DNA of 64,000 nt from Candidatus Hydrogenedentota bacterium (GTDB lineage Bacteria; Hydrogenedentota; Hydrogenedentia; Hydrogenedentales; SLHB01). Within the stretch, counting starts at the first letter, position 1. The number at the start of each line of letters is the position of its first letter. The position numbers were made by a program, and so were the translations under genes. The stretch spans positions 10,552 to 74,551 of the forward strand of contig JAWXCN010000152.1 of NCBI GenBank assembly GCA_034408725.1, read 5' to 3'. The notes under the pieces were generated by a model. That model was not told the DNA's origin. It did no database searches and saw only the letters and a list, made by a program, of their open reading frames with translations. Positions 1-8,513 of this stretch are shown in pieces.

Positions 1-2
1 AA

Positions 3-626
3 ACTATCGGCGTCACGGGCGCGAGCATCGTCAGTGTCACGCCGGTGGCCGCGGACGACTATGTTGTACTCGTGAATACCGGAAGCGGCGACGGGACAAT
101 CGAAGTCGTGCTGAATGACAACGACAGCATCGTGGACGACTTGAACCATCCACTTGGCGGCGTCGGCGCAGGCAACGGCAATTTTGATGCCGGCGAAGCA
201 TTTACGATAGACCGCACACCGCCAACCGTACTGATCGGGAATCCGGCTCCAGGCTCCACGGTCAATGGCCCGGTTTACTACACTGTCGCATTCATCGGTG
301 CGGACACTGTCTCATTGAATAACGCGATGGTAACCGTCAGCAGCACTGTAACGGCAGCAGGCACAGCGACGGTTTCAGGCACGGGCAACGCCGCGCGCCA
401 AGTCGTCCTGAACGGCATCAGCGGAGAAGGCACTCTGGCCATCAGCATTGACGCGGGCGCGGCAATCGATGCCGCTGGCAACGTCAGCGTCGCGGTTGGT
501 CCGAGCGCAACCGTCGAGGTGACGCTTACTCCAAGCGTACCCGTCAACCCGTGGTTGCTCCTGGGCACGATGTTGGCCGCATTCGCGGCATACTCCCTGG
601 TTATAAGGAAACGGTTGCGAAACTAA
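3..626 (+). CDS. C-terminal part (5'-truncated) of a large extracellular Ig-like/adhesin-type protein with a C-terminal sorting tail
   Basis: Frame is open from base 3. G/T/V/S/A-rich beta-type sequence (DxAGN motif, 'FTIDRTPPTV'). Ends VPV..PW + hydrophobic helix + RKRLRN. Confidence 0.75.
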   Translation, partial: TIGVTGASIVSVTPVAADDYVVLVNTGSGDGTIEVVLNDNDSIVDDLNHPLGGVGAGNGNFDAGEAFTIDRTPPTVLIGNPAPGSTVNGPVYYTVAFIGADTVSLNNAMVTVSSTVTAAGTATVSGTGNAARQVVLNGISGEGTLAISIDAGAAIDAAGNVSVAVGPSATVEVTLTPSVPVNPWLLLGTMLAAFAAYSLVIRKRLRN

Positions 627-655
627 ACCGCTGCATCAGACGTAACGAAGTAGAA

Positions 656-696
656 TCCGGCGTCACACAGGCTACTGTGTGGCGCAGGACTTTTTT
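656..696 (+). terminator. Intrinsic terminator
   Basis: Hairpin GCGTCACACAG-gcta-CTGTGTGGCGC followed by AGGACTTTTTT, between convergent genes. Confidence 0.7.
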
Positions 697-742
697 ACGC
701 GATCCCGCAACACCAACTTCCGCGTGGTTGCGCCCAGACAGT

Positions 743-1558
743 TCATCCCGCGTCGCGATCAAACTCCGACCGAAACCGCCGCGTCATAATGGCATCGTAC
801 ATCACCGGCGCGAACTTGCGCAGGAGCCATGCCAGCTTGCCGGTCCCTGATAAAACAACCAGCCGTTTCCGTCGCGCAATCGCATCGATCGCCGCGGCCG
901 CAACCTCCTCTGGCGCTGCGACAGAGGCTGTCTCGCTTCGGCCGCCTTGCGCTACCGAACCGTCCGCGGCCAGCGCTCGATGGTCAAGCCCGGAGCGCGT
1001 AAATGACGGGCAAACCATCGTAACGCCCACACCATGACGTTTGACTTCGCATCGCAGTGTTTCAAAATATCCGTGCAATGCGTGTTTGCTCGCGCAATAC
1101 CCCGTGCGGCCCAACAGTGGCGCAAAGCCCGCCACGCTGCTCATCACGCCGATGACGCCGCGCCGTCGGATGAGTGAAGGCAATGCCGCGTGCGTGCAAT
1201 GCACCGCGCCAAAGAAATTCACGTCCATTACCCGGCGATAAACACCGGGGGACGTGAGTTCTCCCAAACTGAAATGCGTGATGCCCGCGTTGTTGATGAG
1301 CACGTCGATGCCGCCAAACTCCGCGCAAACCTGCTCTATCGCCGACATGCAATTCAATGCATTCGACACGTCCACCGTTACGGATATTGCCCGCGCGCCG
1401 GTCGCAATCACGTCGTCATGGACGGATTGCAGCGCCGTCGCATCGATATCAAGCAGCGCAATCGATGCGCCTTCACGCGCGAACTGCGTGCTCAACGCCG
1501 CTCCTATTCCGCCCGCTGCGCCAGTAATTGCCACTACCTTTCCATCGAAGCGCTTCAC
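743..1558 (-). CDS. Classical short-chain dehydrogenase/reductase
   Basis: TGAAGGIG, NNAG and YCASK motifs. Confidence 0.9.
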   Translation of the reverse strand: MKRFDGKVVAITGAAGGIGAALSTQFAREGASIALLDIDATALQSVHDDVIATGARAISVTVDVSNALNCMSAIEQVCAEFGGIDVLINNAGITHFSLGELTSPGVYRRVMDVNFFGAVHCTHAALPSLIRRRGVIGVMSSVAGFAPLLGRTGYCASKHALHGYFETLRCEVKRHGVGVTMVCPSFTRSGLDHRALAADGSVAQGGRSETASVAAPEEVAAAAIDAIARRKRLVVLSGTGKLAWLLRKFAPVMYDAIMTRRFRSEFDRDAG

Positions 1559-1560
1559 AG

Positions 1561-2532
1561 TTACAGCAACCCCTTACTCTGCGCATAAAAATCGAAGGCT
1601 TCCCGCGATGTTTTTTCGGGAACGTATCCAAATACATCTTTCAACCGATCGTTGGCCAGCACCGGACGATACCGCAGAAAATCGATCTGCTCTGGCCCAT
1701 ACGGCGTCCGATTCATGCGCCTTAACACACGCAATGCAAGAGACAACAGCACGGGTGGTACCCCGACATACTTTTTGTTCAATCGCGCCGCGATGTCCTT
1801 CAACGTCATTGCCCCGTCACCGGCGAGATTAAAGATGCCCTCCCGCCGCTCGATAATACCCTTCACAACGCACGCGACAACATCCTGGTCCCAGATAAAA
1901 ACGAAGGGCGACGGCGCGCCTGCAACTCCCATAATGGCCCTGCCCTCGAATAACCTGGTGATCTGATTGGAAGTGCTTGAGCCCAGTATCGTACCCGGCC
2001 TGAAAATAAGTTGTCGAAGGTGCGGAGCGGACTCGCGATATGCCGCCAGCATTTCTTCGACCTGGCGCTTGTGGTCGGAATAAGCGAACGCGCTGTTGCC
2101 GCGAATCGGATCGTCCTCGCGCAACGGTTGCGCATTGTCCGCGTAATACCCGTACGCCGCGCCACTGCTCGTAACGATAAGGTGCGATACGCCCGCGCGA
2201 AGGCAGCATTCCACAACATTTCGTGTGCCCCCGACATCCACGGAGTATTCGAACTCGCGGTTTGACTGTTTGCCAGGCGTAACGATGGACGCCAAATGCA
2301 CGACAGTATCCGCGGCGAAACCGCGCAACAACGATTCAAGTCCTGCGTCGCGTACATCGCTCACGACATAATCAATTCCCGCTATGCGGCGGTCCTCCCC
2401 AATCTCCCGAACGTCCGCGGCGACAATGCGCGAAAACGCCTCGCGGCGTTCCGCCAGCTCGCGAATCGTCGCTGAACCAATATATCCGCCCGCGCCAGTC
2501 ACAAGTACGGAAAGTGGTTTCGCCGCGGTCAT
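1561..2532 (-). CDS. Extended SDR / NAD-dependent epimerase-dehydratase family protein
   Basis: TGAGGYIG, HLAS and YSDHK motifs. ATG at 2532 overlaps the upstream stop codon (ATGA). Confidence 0.85.
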   Translation of the reverse strand: MTAAKPLSVLVTGAGGYIGSATIRELAERREAFSRIVAADVREIGEDRRIAGIDYVVSDVRDAGLESLLRGFAADTVVHLASIVTPGKQSNREFEYSVDVGGTRNVVECCLRAGVSHLIVTSSGAAYGYYADNAQPLREDDPIRGNSAFAYSDHKRQVEEMLAAYRESAPHLRQLIFRPGTILGSSTSNQITRLFEGRAIMGVAGAPSPFVFIWDQDVVACVVKGIIERREGIFNLAGDGAMTLKDIAARLNKKYVGVPPVLLSLALRVLRRMNRTPYGPEQIDFLRYRPVLANDRLKDVFGYVPEKTSREAFDFYAQSKGLL

Positions 2533-3458
2533 ATTTCGCTCTCGACCGTTGCAGAAACAAAAGGGATTCTCGACCAAAAACGGGCAAGCGTCAATCCCGC
2601 GACAATGTGCCAAATCCCCCAGAACCCGGCTAAGAGCGCCATGCCGCCGAGATGAGGGAAGTATTGAAAAATCAGCGCAAGGCCGAGCGCCGAGTTTTGT
2701 ATCCCAACTTCGATCGTCACCGCGCGCGTGTCCGGCTTCGAGAGCCCCGCGATCTTGCTGGCGAAATATCCCGACGTGAAGGCAAGCGCATTGTGAGGAA
2801 CCACCGCCAAAAGAATTAGGCCCATATGCGCGGTGAAGACGGAAATGTCGCGCGCGAATGCCACCACGATAATGAACAGCAACCCGCCGACGGATAGCAT
2901 TTTGAACGGCTTGTGCAGCTTCCCGGCCACGCGGGGAAACCGGCCCGCGACGAAAAGTCCCACCAGCAACGGAATGCCCAGAATGATGACGACGGTGAGA
3001 AGCATTTCGCTGGAACGCAGATCCACCTTTTGCAGTAATGTCGCGGTATCCGGATTCAGTTTGCCGTAGAACGCGAAATTGAATGGCGTCATGACAATTG
3101 CCGCAAACGTCGATACCGCCGTCATACTCACCGAAAGCGCCGTGTTCCCCTTGGCAAGGTAGGTTATAAAATTGCTCATGTTCCCGCCGGGACAGGCCGC
3201 CACCAGGATCATGCCCAGCGCAATGCTCGGATGCGGTTTCAGAATCAACGTGAGTAGATAGGTAAATGCAGGAAACAACACAAACTGCGCAACCAATCCG
3301 ATCGCCACGGGCCTGGGCTGGCGCAACACTCTTTTGAAATCATCCGCTTTCAAATCCAGTGCCACGCCAAACATGATAACCGCGATAATCAGGTTCACCA
3401 CCCAAACCGTGTCGGGGTTGAAACTGATCTTCACCGCATCGAGTTCCGGTGAGTTCAT
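2529..3458 (-). CDS. Bile acid:sodium symporter (BASS/SLC10) family transporter
   Basis: Multiple TM helices, CPGGNMSN and EVGIQNS signatures. Confidence 0.92.
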   Translation of the reverse strand: MNSPELDAVKISFNPDTVWVVNLIIAVIMFGVALDLKADDFKRVLRQPRPVAIGLVAQFVLFPAFTYLLTLILKPHPSIALGMILVAACPGGNMSNFITYLAKGNTALSVSMTAVSTFAAIVMTPFNFAFYGKLNPDTATLLQKVDLRSSEMLLTVVIILGIPLLVGLFVAGRFPRVAGKLHKPFKMLSVGGLLFIIVVAFARDISVFTAHMGLILLAVVPHNALAFTSGYFASKIAGLSKPDTRAVTIEVGIQNSALGLALIFQYFPHLGGMALLAGFWGIWHIVAGLTLARFWSRIPFVSATVESEI

Positions 3459-4363
3459 GAGACCGCACCGGACTCGCTAGCTCGAATTTCAGACGCTGGC
3501 GCCGCAACACGGGGAAACAACGGATCAACGAATTCACTCACGGCGCGCCGGAAGTCGTCGGGGGCATCATAAAATGTCCCGTGTCCGCCTGGAAGGCGGG
3601 CAAATTCTTTTGGCTTGTTCGCAAGATGGAAAAGCGCGCGTCCTTGTTCAAACGGAACAAAATTGTCCTCCACGCCGTGAAGTATCAATACCGGCGACGT
3701 AACCTTTGCAATCTTTGAAGCATTGTCGAACCGATGCTTCAATAGAAGCCCGACGGGAAAATAAGGATACTGGGCGCTCGCATTGGCGGTGACACTGGTA
3801 TACGGACTCAGCAGGACCAGCGCCCCAGGTTTTTTCGTATGCGCAAGCTCGACGCTCGGCCCGGTCCCCAATGATTCGCCAAACACCAGGATGCGTTCGG
3901 GCGGGATGCCCAACGATCCGGTCAAGTGCTCCCATGCGGCGCGCACGTCTGCATAGCAACGGACCTCGGAAGGTTTTCCGGTGCTCCGCCAATAACCGCC
4001 GTACTCGTACATAAAGATGCTAAAGCCGAGATCGTAAAACGATTTTGCCATTTCCAGGCGTTCGCCCATGGTCTCGCCCAGGCCATGTGAAAACAGGACT
4101 ACGCCGCGCGCGTTGTCTTGTTCCATGTACCAGAATTCGGATTGATGGTCTTCAACCGAAAGAAAACCGGAAGCGAAATCGGAAATCCCGACATCGAGAG
4201 GAGTGCGATCACTTACGGGCCTGTCCGGGAAAATGAGCCGATCCTGAAAGGTGTACAAGGCGGCAACCGCGGCACCATATAGCACGGCCACCGCAAGAAG
4301 TCCCCATGCGAGGCCCTTCCTCAGCCGCGCTCGCAACGTCCGCTTACGTGTTTCCGGTAACAC
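3455..4363 (-). CDS. Membrane-anchored alpha/beta hydrolase (ABHD/BEM46-like)
   Basis: N-terminal TM helix, GESLG nucleophile elbow, HGVED and GGH triad motifs. Confidence 0.88.
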   Translation of the reverse strand: MLPETRKRTLRARLRKGLAWGLLAVAVLYGAAVAALYTFQDRLIFPDRPVSDRTPLDVGISDFASGFLSVEDHQSEFWYMEQDNARGVVLFSHGLGETMGERLEMAKSFYDLGFSIFMYEYGGYWRSTGKPSEVRCYADVRAAWEHLTGSLGIPPERILVFGESLGTGPSVELAHTKKPGALVLLSPYTSVTANASAQYPYFPVGLLLKHRFDNASKIAKVTSPVLILHGVEDNFVPFEQGRALFHLANKPKEFARLPGGHGTFYDAPDDFRRAVSEFVDPLFPRVAAPASEIRASESGAVS

Positions 4364-4369
4364 GTGCCG

Positions 4370-6148
4370 TCACCGTCCCGCGGGCTCCTGGTGCATGTCC
4401 TTGAACGCGCGAAGGCTTGGCGCCCACATATGCGTCACGGGATCGACGTCGCAATGAATAACTGAACACCCGCCGGACGCACTCGCCCGTTCGAGCGCAG
4501 GTTTCAAATTGACCGGAGAATTTACGCGCTCGCCATGCGCGCCCATGCTCAGCGCAAGTTTGTCCCACTGTATTTCGCCAAGGTCGGCATTGATGGCGTC
4601 CAGCGGACCTAGCGATTCGTTCAGCGTGCCAAGCGACGTAAATTTCTGGCTCAACCCTTCCACGATCTTCCGGTACTTCTGCAGCGTAAACTGCTGGTTC
4701 ATCTTCACCATGCCCCACTGCCGATCGCAACACACCAGATACGTGACCGCGAGTTTATTGCGAACCGCCGTCTCGATCTCTTGCGGCTGAAATCCCATCG
4801 CGCCGTCGCCGATGATGCAGTAGGCGTGCCGGTCCGGCGCAGCGACCTTTGCGCCCAACACCTGCGCGACACCGGCGCCAAGCATGCCAAACTTGGCTGT
4901 CTGTAAAATCGTGTTCGGCGCACGGGCCGTCCGGTAAAAATGCGCCCAGATCGCTGTGTTCCCGCCGTCAACAACACAAATTGCGTCCTTGTCGAAATGT
5001 TGTTCACACGCACGGGCGACATGCCCCGCGTTTAACCCAGGGCCTTCCAGCCGTTCCCTAAGCGTTGCGAGATGGGCACTGCGCGCCTCGCCAAACTGCG
5101 CGAGTTTGTTTGCGCGTCCATTAACCGCCGGTTTGCGCGATTTCACTTCTTCAATCAACGCGCGCAGGAACACCTTGCAGTCCGCGAGGACAGCGATCGT
5201 TGCCGGCTTGTTCAGTCCAAGCATGTCCTCGTCAATATCAACCTGAATCATTTTTTGTTGCGATGCCTGACGCCAATATGGCGCCTTGCCCCACCAATCC
5301 GTTTCGCCCAGCCGCGATCCCAGTGTGAGCACCACGTCCGCGTCGTTCCGCACCCGATGATTGAGCTCGACGTGGATCATCGCTATCGCCAGCGGATGGT
5401 CTTCCGGCAACGCACTGCGCGCGGCCCAGCTCGTCAAAACGGGCGCCTGCAATAGCTCGGCGAGTTCCTGCAATTCGGCGAACGCCATCGCGTGTACAAC
5501 GCCGCTGCCCGCGTGAATGATCGGCAGACCGGCTTTCAACAGAAGGTCCGCGGCCGCCTCGATCTGTGCGCTGCACGGTGTGATTGGATCGGTGCGGCGA
5601 TACTGATGCGGGTCGAGAAATGCCGGCGCGGCTTCCTCCCCGTTCATGATGTTTTCAGGCACGTCCACGTGTACCACGCCCGGACGCCCATGAAACGATT
5701 TGCGAAAAGCGCGGCGCATCAACTCCGGCAACCGCGCATGCGAGGGAACGGCGCCGCTCCATTTGGCCATCGGCTTGATAACGCCCACCTGATTAAAATA
5801 TTGATAGGTGCCACCGCGATCCGGGTAGCCCGTGCCCGTGCGGCGTGTACTGGTGAGTAGGAGCACACGATTGCCTTCACCGTTCTCGACAGCGATTCCC
5901 GGTAGAATGTTGGCCACGCCCGGGCCGTTGCTCGCCATGCACACGCCCAGCTTCCCGGTGATGCGCGCGTACGCGCCCGCCATGTGCGCCGCGCTCGTCT
6001 CGTGCCGCGGGGTGATCAAATCGATGTCATATTTGCGCAAACTCGAATACAACCCGAAATACGTGCCGTCGATAATTCCGAACACCTTCTCGACGCCCTC
6101 AGCCTTCAGCATCCGCGCAATGACATCCCCACCCATCATCTTGTCCAT
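4370..6148 (-). CDS. Thiamine diphosphate-binding enzyme (acetolactate synthase / hydroxyacyl-CoA lyase superfamily)
   Basis: RHE catalytic Glu, GPG, and GDGAMG ThDP motif. ATG 6148 is preceded by AGGGGTG. Confidence 0.88.
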   Translation of the reverse strand: MDKMMGGDVIARMLKAEGVEKVFGIIDGTYFGLYSSLRKYDIDLITPRHETSAAHMAGAYARITGKLGVCMASNGPGVANILPGIAVENGEGNRVLLLTSTRRTGTGYPDRGGTYQYFNQVGVIKPMAKWSGAVPSHARLPELMRRAFRKSFHGRPGVVHVDVPENIMNGEEAAPAFLDPHQYRRTDPITPCSAQIEAAADLLLKAGLPIIHAGSGVVHAMAFAELQELAELLQAPVLTSWAARSALPEDHPLAIAMIHVELNHRVRNDADVVLTLGSRLGETDWWGKAPYWRQASQQKMIQVDIDEDMLGLNKPATIAVLADCKVFLRALIEEVKSRKPAVNGRANKLAQFGEARSAHLATLRERLEGPGLNAGHVARACEQHFDKDAICVVDGGNTAIWAHFYRTARAPNTILQTAKFGMLGAGVAQVLGAKVAAPDRHAYCIIGDGAMGFQPQEIETAVRNKLAVTYLVCCDRQWGMVKMNQQFTLQKYRKIVEGLSQKFTSLGTLNESLGPLDAINADLGEIQWDKLALSMGAHGERVNSPVNLKPALERASASGGCSVIHCDVDPVTHMWAPSLRAFKDMHQEPAGR

Positions 6149-6182
6149 GAATACACCCCTTGAACGCCCACCTGCAACGTGC

Positions 6183-6211
6183 ATTGTGCGGCCAATCCCT
6201 GTGCCAGTCAA
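6183..6211 (-). promoter_or_regulatory. Putative sigma70 promoter for the ThDP-enzyme operon
   Basis: TTGACT-N17-CACAAT on the minus strand, about 35 nt upstream of the ATG. Confidence 0.5.
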
Positions 6212-6301
6212 GAGCATTGCCCGCCGCAGCGTTCTTTTGACAGGTGTGGCCAACCCCCGCTTCTTCCAAGGTCCGAGGGCCGGCATCGTTATAGTTTCCC
6301 T

Positions 6302-7573
6302 TTAATTCGATTTAGAAATCTTTAGCGCGAAATTAACGAGCTCCTTACTGTCTCCCAACCTCGTGATATAGAGAAATGATTCATCCCGCGTGACAAGCAA
6401 TGGGTTTTCCCCAACAAGGTTTCTCGGTGGCGCTCCTAAATAGTCTGGCGTCAGTAAATCAATATTTTTTGGTAAAGCTCCTTTCACGTTCCGGTATCGT
6501 TCGGCTGCGACGATTAAACCTAGGGCATATACTTGCAAAGAATCTCTAAAGAATGCCTTTTCCTCGCTTAAAATATTTGGCGAGATCACAAGAGGAAAGT
6601 TGTTCGGAGGAGGGGGAACATATTTCGATAAAGCACGCACCAAGCGGTCGTTACACGCTTCAAAAATGTCTTGACGCTGTTTGGGCTCAAGACGGCTAGC
6701 TCTCAGTAAATCTCCGTATACGTCCAGCTTCATTTCGAAATCGACCGCGGCCAGAACCCTTTCTATCGGGCCCAAGCCCGGATTCCACGCCCAAGGATGT
6801 TCGGCAATAACGTCTGCACGCAGTCCCACGATTACCTTGTACAGCGCGTCGGAATCGTGTAGAACTGAAACTTCATCTTGTATCATACGGAGCTCGGTAG
6901 AAGGAAATGTATAGTGATTGATATGATACTCGATACATCGCATTACGCAGACTCTAGCGAAACGACCAATACCCTGATATTTGTCATGCGGTACGACCTT
7001 AAAGATGTTACTCAACTTGCAAGCAACCGCAATATCCGTAACAGCTTGTCGATAGTCTTCTTGTTCAGCGTGCTGAATGGAATTCAATAGAACACAGTGG
7101 ATGACACCGTATAGACGCCTTTCGAGGTTCGAAGTATATTCCATTCGCCGCTCTTTCAAACTAAACTGCGGCGGGTAATAGCAGCTTGGTGCATGAGCTG
7201 CCTTATAGGCTGCGTCTAAACACGGTCGATTCGCCTCCAGGAACTTCGATATTTCTATCATTTCAACGGTTGTTAGACGCTCGCGCGTGCTGATATATCC
7301 ATTCTTTACAAAAGCAGGGATTGCGTAGGGAGTTTCTCGGTATGACAAAAGTGCGTTTTCAACCAATCCAGCTTCGTTTTCATCCGGAATACTTGCCACA
7401 TACCAGTCATCCAAATCTGCGTTCGACACCGGTAATCCAGTTTGGCGGATGGTTGCGATGTGTTGGTCTATAGAGCTAGTTAGATTATTCCATTTATACC
7501 ATGGGTAAGCCACTAATGATGCCACTGCGATAAAAACAAAGCAGAGTGTCGCGGTGACTATTACTGTTCTCAT
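6302..7573 (-). CDS. Hypothetical membrane-anchored helical protein, lower GC than its neighbours
   Basis: Long ORF (track start 7627, likely ATG 7573), N-terminal TM helix, C-terminal 'AAERYRNVKGALPKNIDLLTPDYL' segment. Confidence 0.7.
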   Translation of the reverse strand: MRTVIVTATLCFVFIAVASLVAYPWYKWNNLTSSIDQHIATIRQTGLPVSNADLDDWYVASIPDENEAGLVENALLSYRETPYAIPAFVKNGYISTRERLTTVEMIEISKFLEANRPCLDAAYKAAHAPSCYYPPQFSLKERRMEYTSNLERRLYGVIHCVLLNSIQHAEQEDYRQAVTDIAVACKLSNIFKVVPHDKYQGIGRFARVCVMRCIEYHINHYTFPSTELRMIQDEVSVLHDSDALYKVIVGLRADVIAEHPWAWNPGLGPIERVLAAVDFEMKLDVYGDLLRASRLEPKQRQDIFEACNDRLVRALSKYVPPPPNNFPLVISPNILSEEKAFFRDSLQVYALGLIVAAERYRNVKGALPKNIDLLTPDYLGAPPRNLVGENPLLVTRDESFLYITRLGDSKELVNFALKISKSN

Positions 7574-7748
7574 TCGCCCTTCGTTGGTGTGCACGCCGTT
7601 TTCAGTCCTCAGGTGTGTTAGCTTCATCTAGAGGAGTCCAATTTTGCCGGAACTAGAACAAAGCTAAATTCCATGGGAAAGTAATAAATTTAGACCTTTA
7701 ATTCTCGTCCATGTCTGTCCGAGCTCGTCGGTGGCCGTCCCGGGTTCC

Positions 7749-8252
7749 TTAAGCCAAGTGGTCCGCGCTCGACAACTGCACCTCGATGCCGTCGGGATCA
7801 TCAAAATAAATCCGGTCTGTGCCCTTCGGCTGGTCCGGGTTCAATCCAAGCGCGCGCAGCTTCTTCTCGGCCTCGAGCACATTATAGTTTTCCACCGCGT
7901 AGCAATAGTGGTGCAGACCCGGCGTGTCACCGCGAAACAACGCCAAAAACGAACTGCCAAAATTCATGAACGCGCTCCCAGACGACTCATTCGCCAACGT
8001 CAGTCCAAGGTGCTTCGCGTAAAAATCCCGCGACCGCGCCACGTCCGTCACCCGCAAAGCGATATGATTAAACCCCAGCGCCTGGAATGACGGCCCCACC
8101 GCTTCCGCAACCGGCGCGGCGACTTCATCGGCATGTGCGCCAATCCCGAACGTCGCCCCGGCGGCCATTGCGGACAATTGTGCAACCAATTGCCTCCGCG
8201 ATATCTGCCCGGATTCGAATTTGGATACCACCGCGTCCACTACGTATTCCAT
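7749..8252 (-). CDS. VOC/glyoxalase family protein with twin-arginine-like leader
   Basis: FNHIALRVTDVARSRDFY, HHYCY, YFDDPDGIEVQL. Leader SRRQLV..hydrophobic..AHA. AGAGGAG RBS. Confidence 0.88.
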   Translation of the reverse strand: MEYVVDAVVSKFESGQISRRQLVAQLSAMAAGATFGIGAHADEVAAPVAEAVGPSFQALGFNHIALRVTDVARSRDFYAKHLGLTLANESSGSAFMNFGSSFLALFRGDTPGLHHYCYAVENYNVLEAEKKLRALGLNPDQPKGTDRIYFDDPDGIEVQLSSADHLA

Positions 8253-8513
8253 GACATTGCTCCTCTGTTTACAGTATGCAGCACACAATACCATTCCGCT
8301 TCCCTGTCAACCACCATGAACTTAAAAAACCTTACTTTTGAATCAAATCCAGATGATTTCATACTAATTTGGAAATAATTAACCCCTCGTGTCCCAAAAC
8401 CACCCCCGGGTTCCCCAATGCAACAGCGTGGGCTAACAATTAAAACATCGTTCTTGCTACCGCGTCCTCGCCCAGCGACAATGCTCACGACAATGCTCAA
8501 CGGGAGGCGCCTT

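Noticed and set aside
4370-6148. Calling the ThDP enzyme ilvB
   Set aside because: No small subunit or ilvC nearby, an atypical motif end, and a catabolic gene context.
6191-6207. Sigma54-like box TGGCAC-N5-TTGG upstream of the ThDP operon
   Set aside because: The -12 GC is replaced by GG, and the same bases form the 17-nt spacer of a better sigma70 match.
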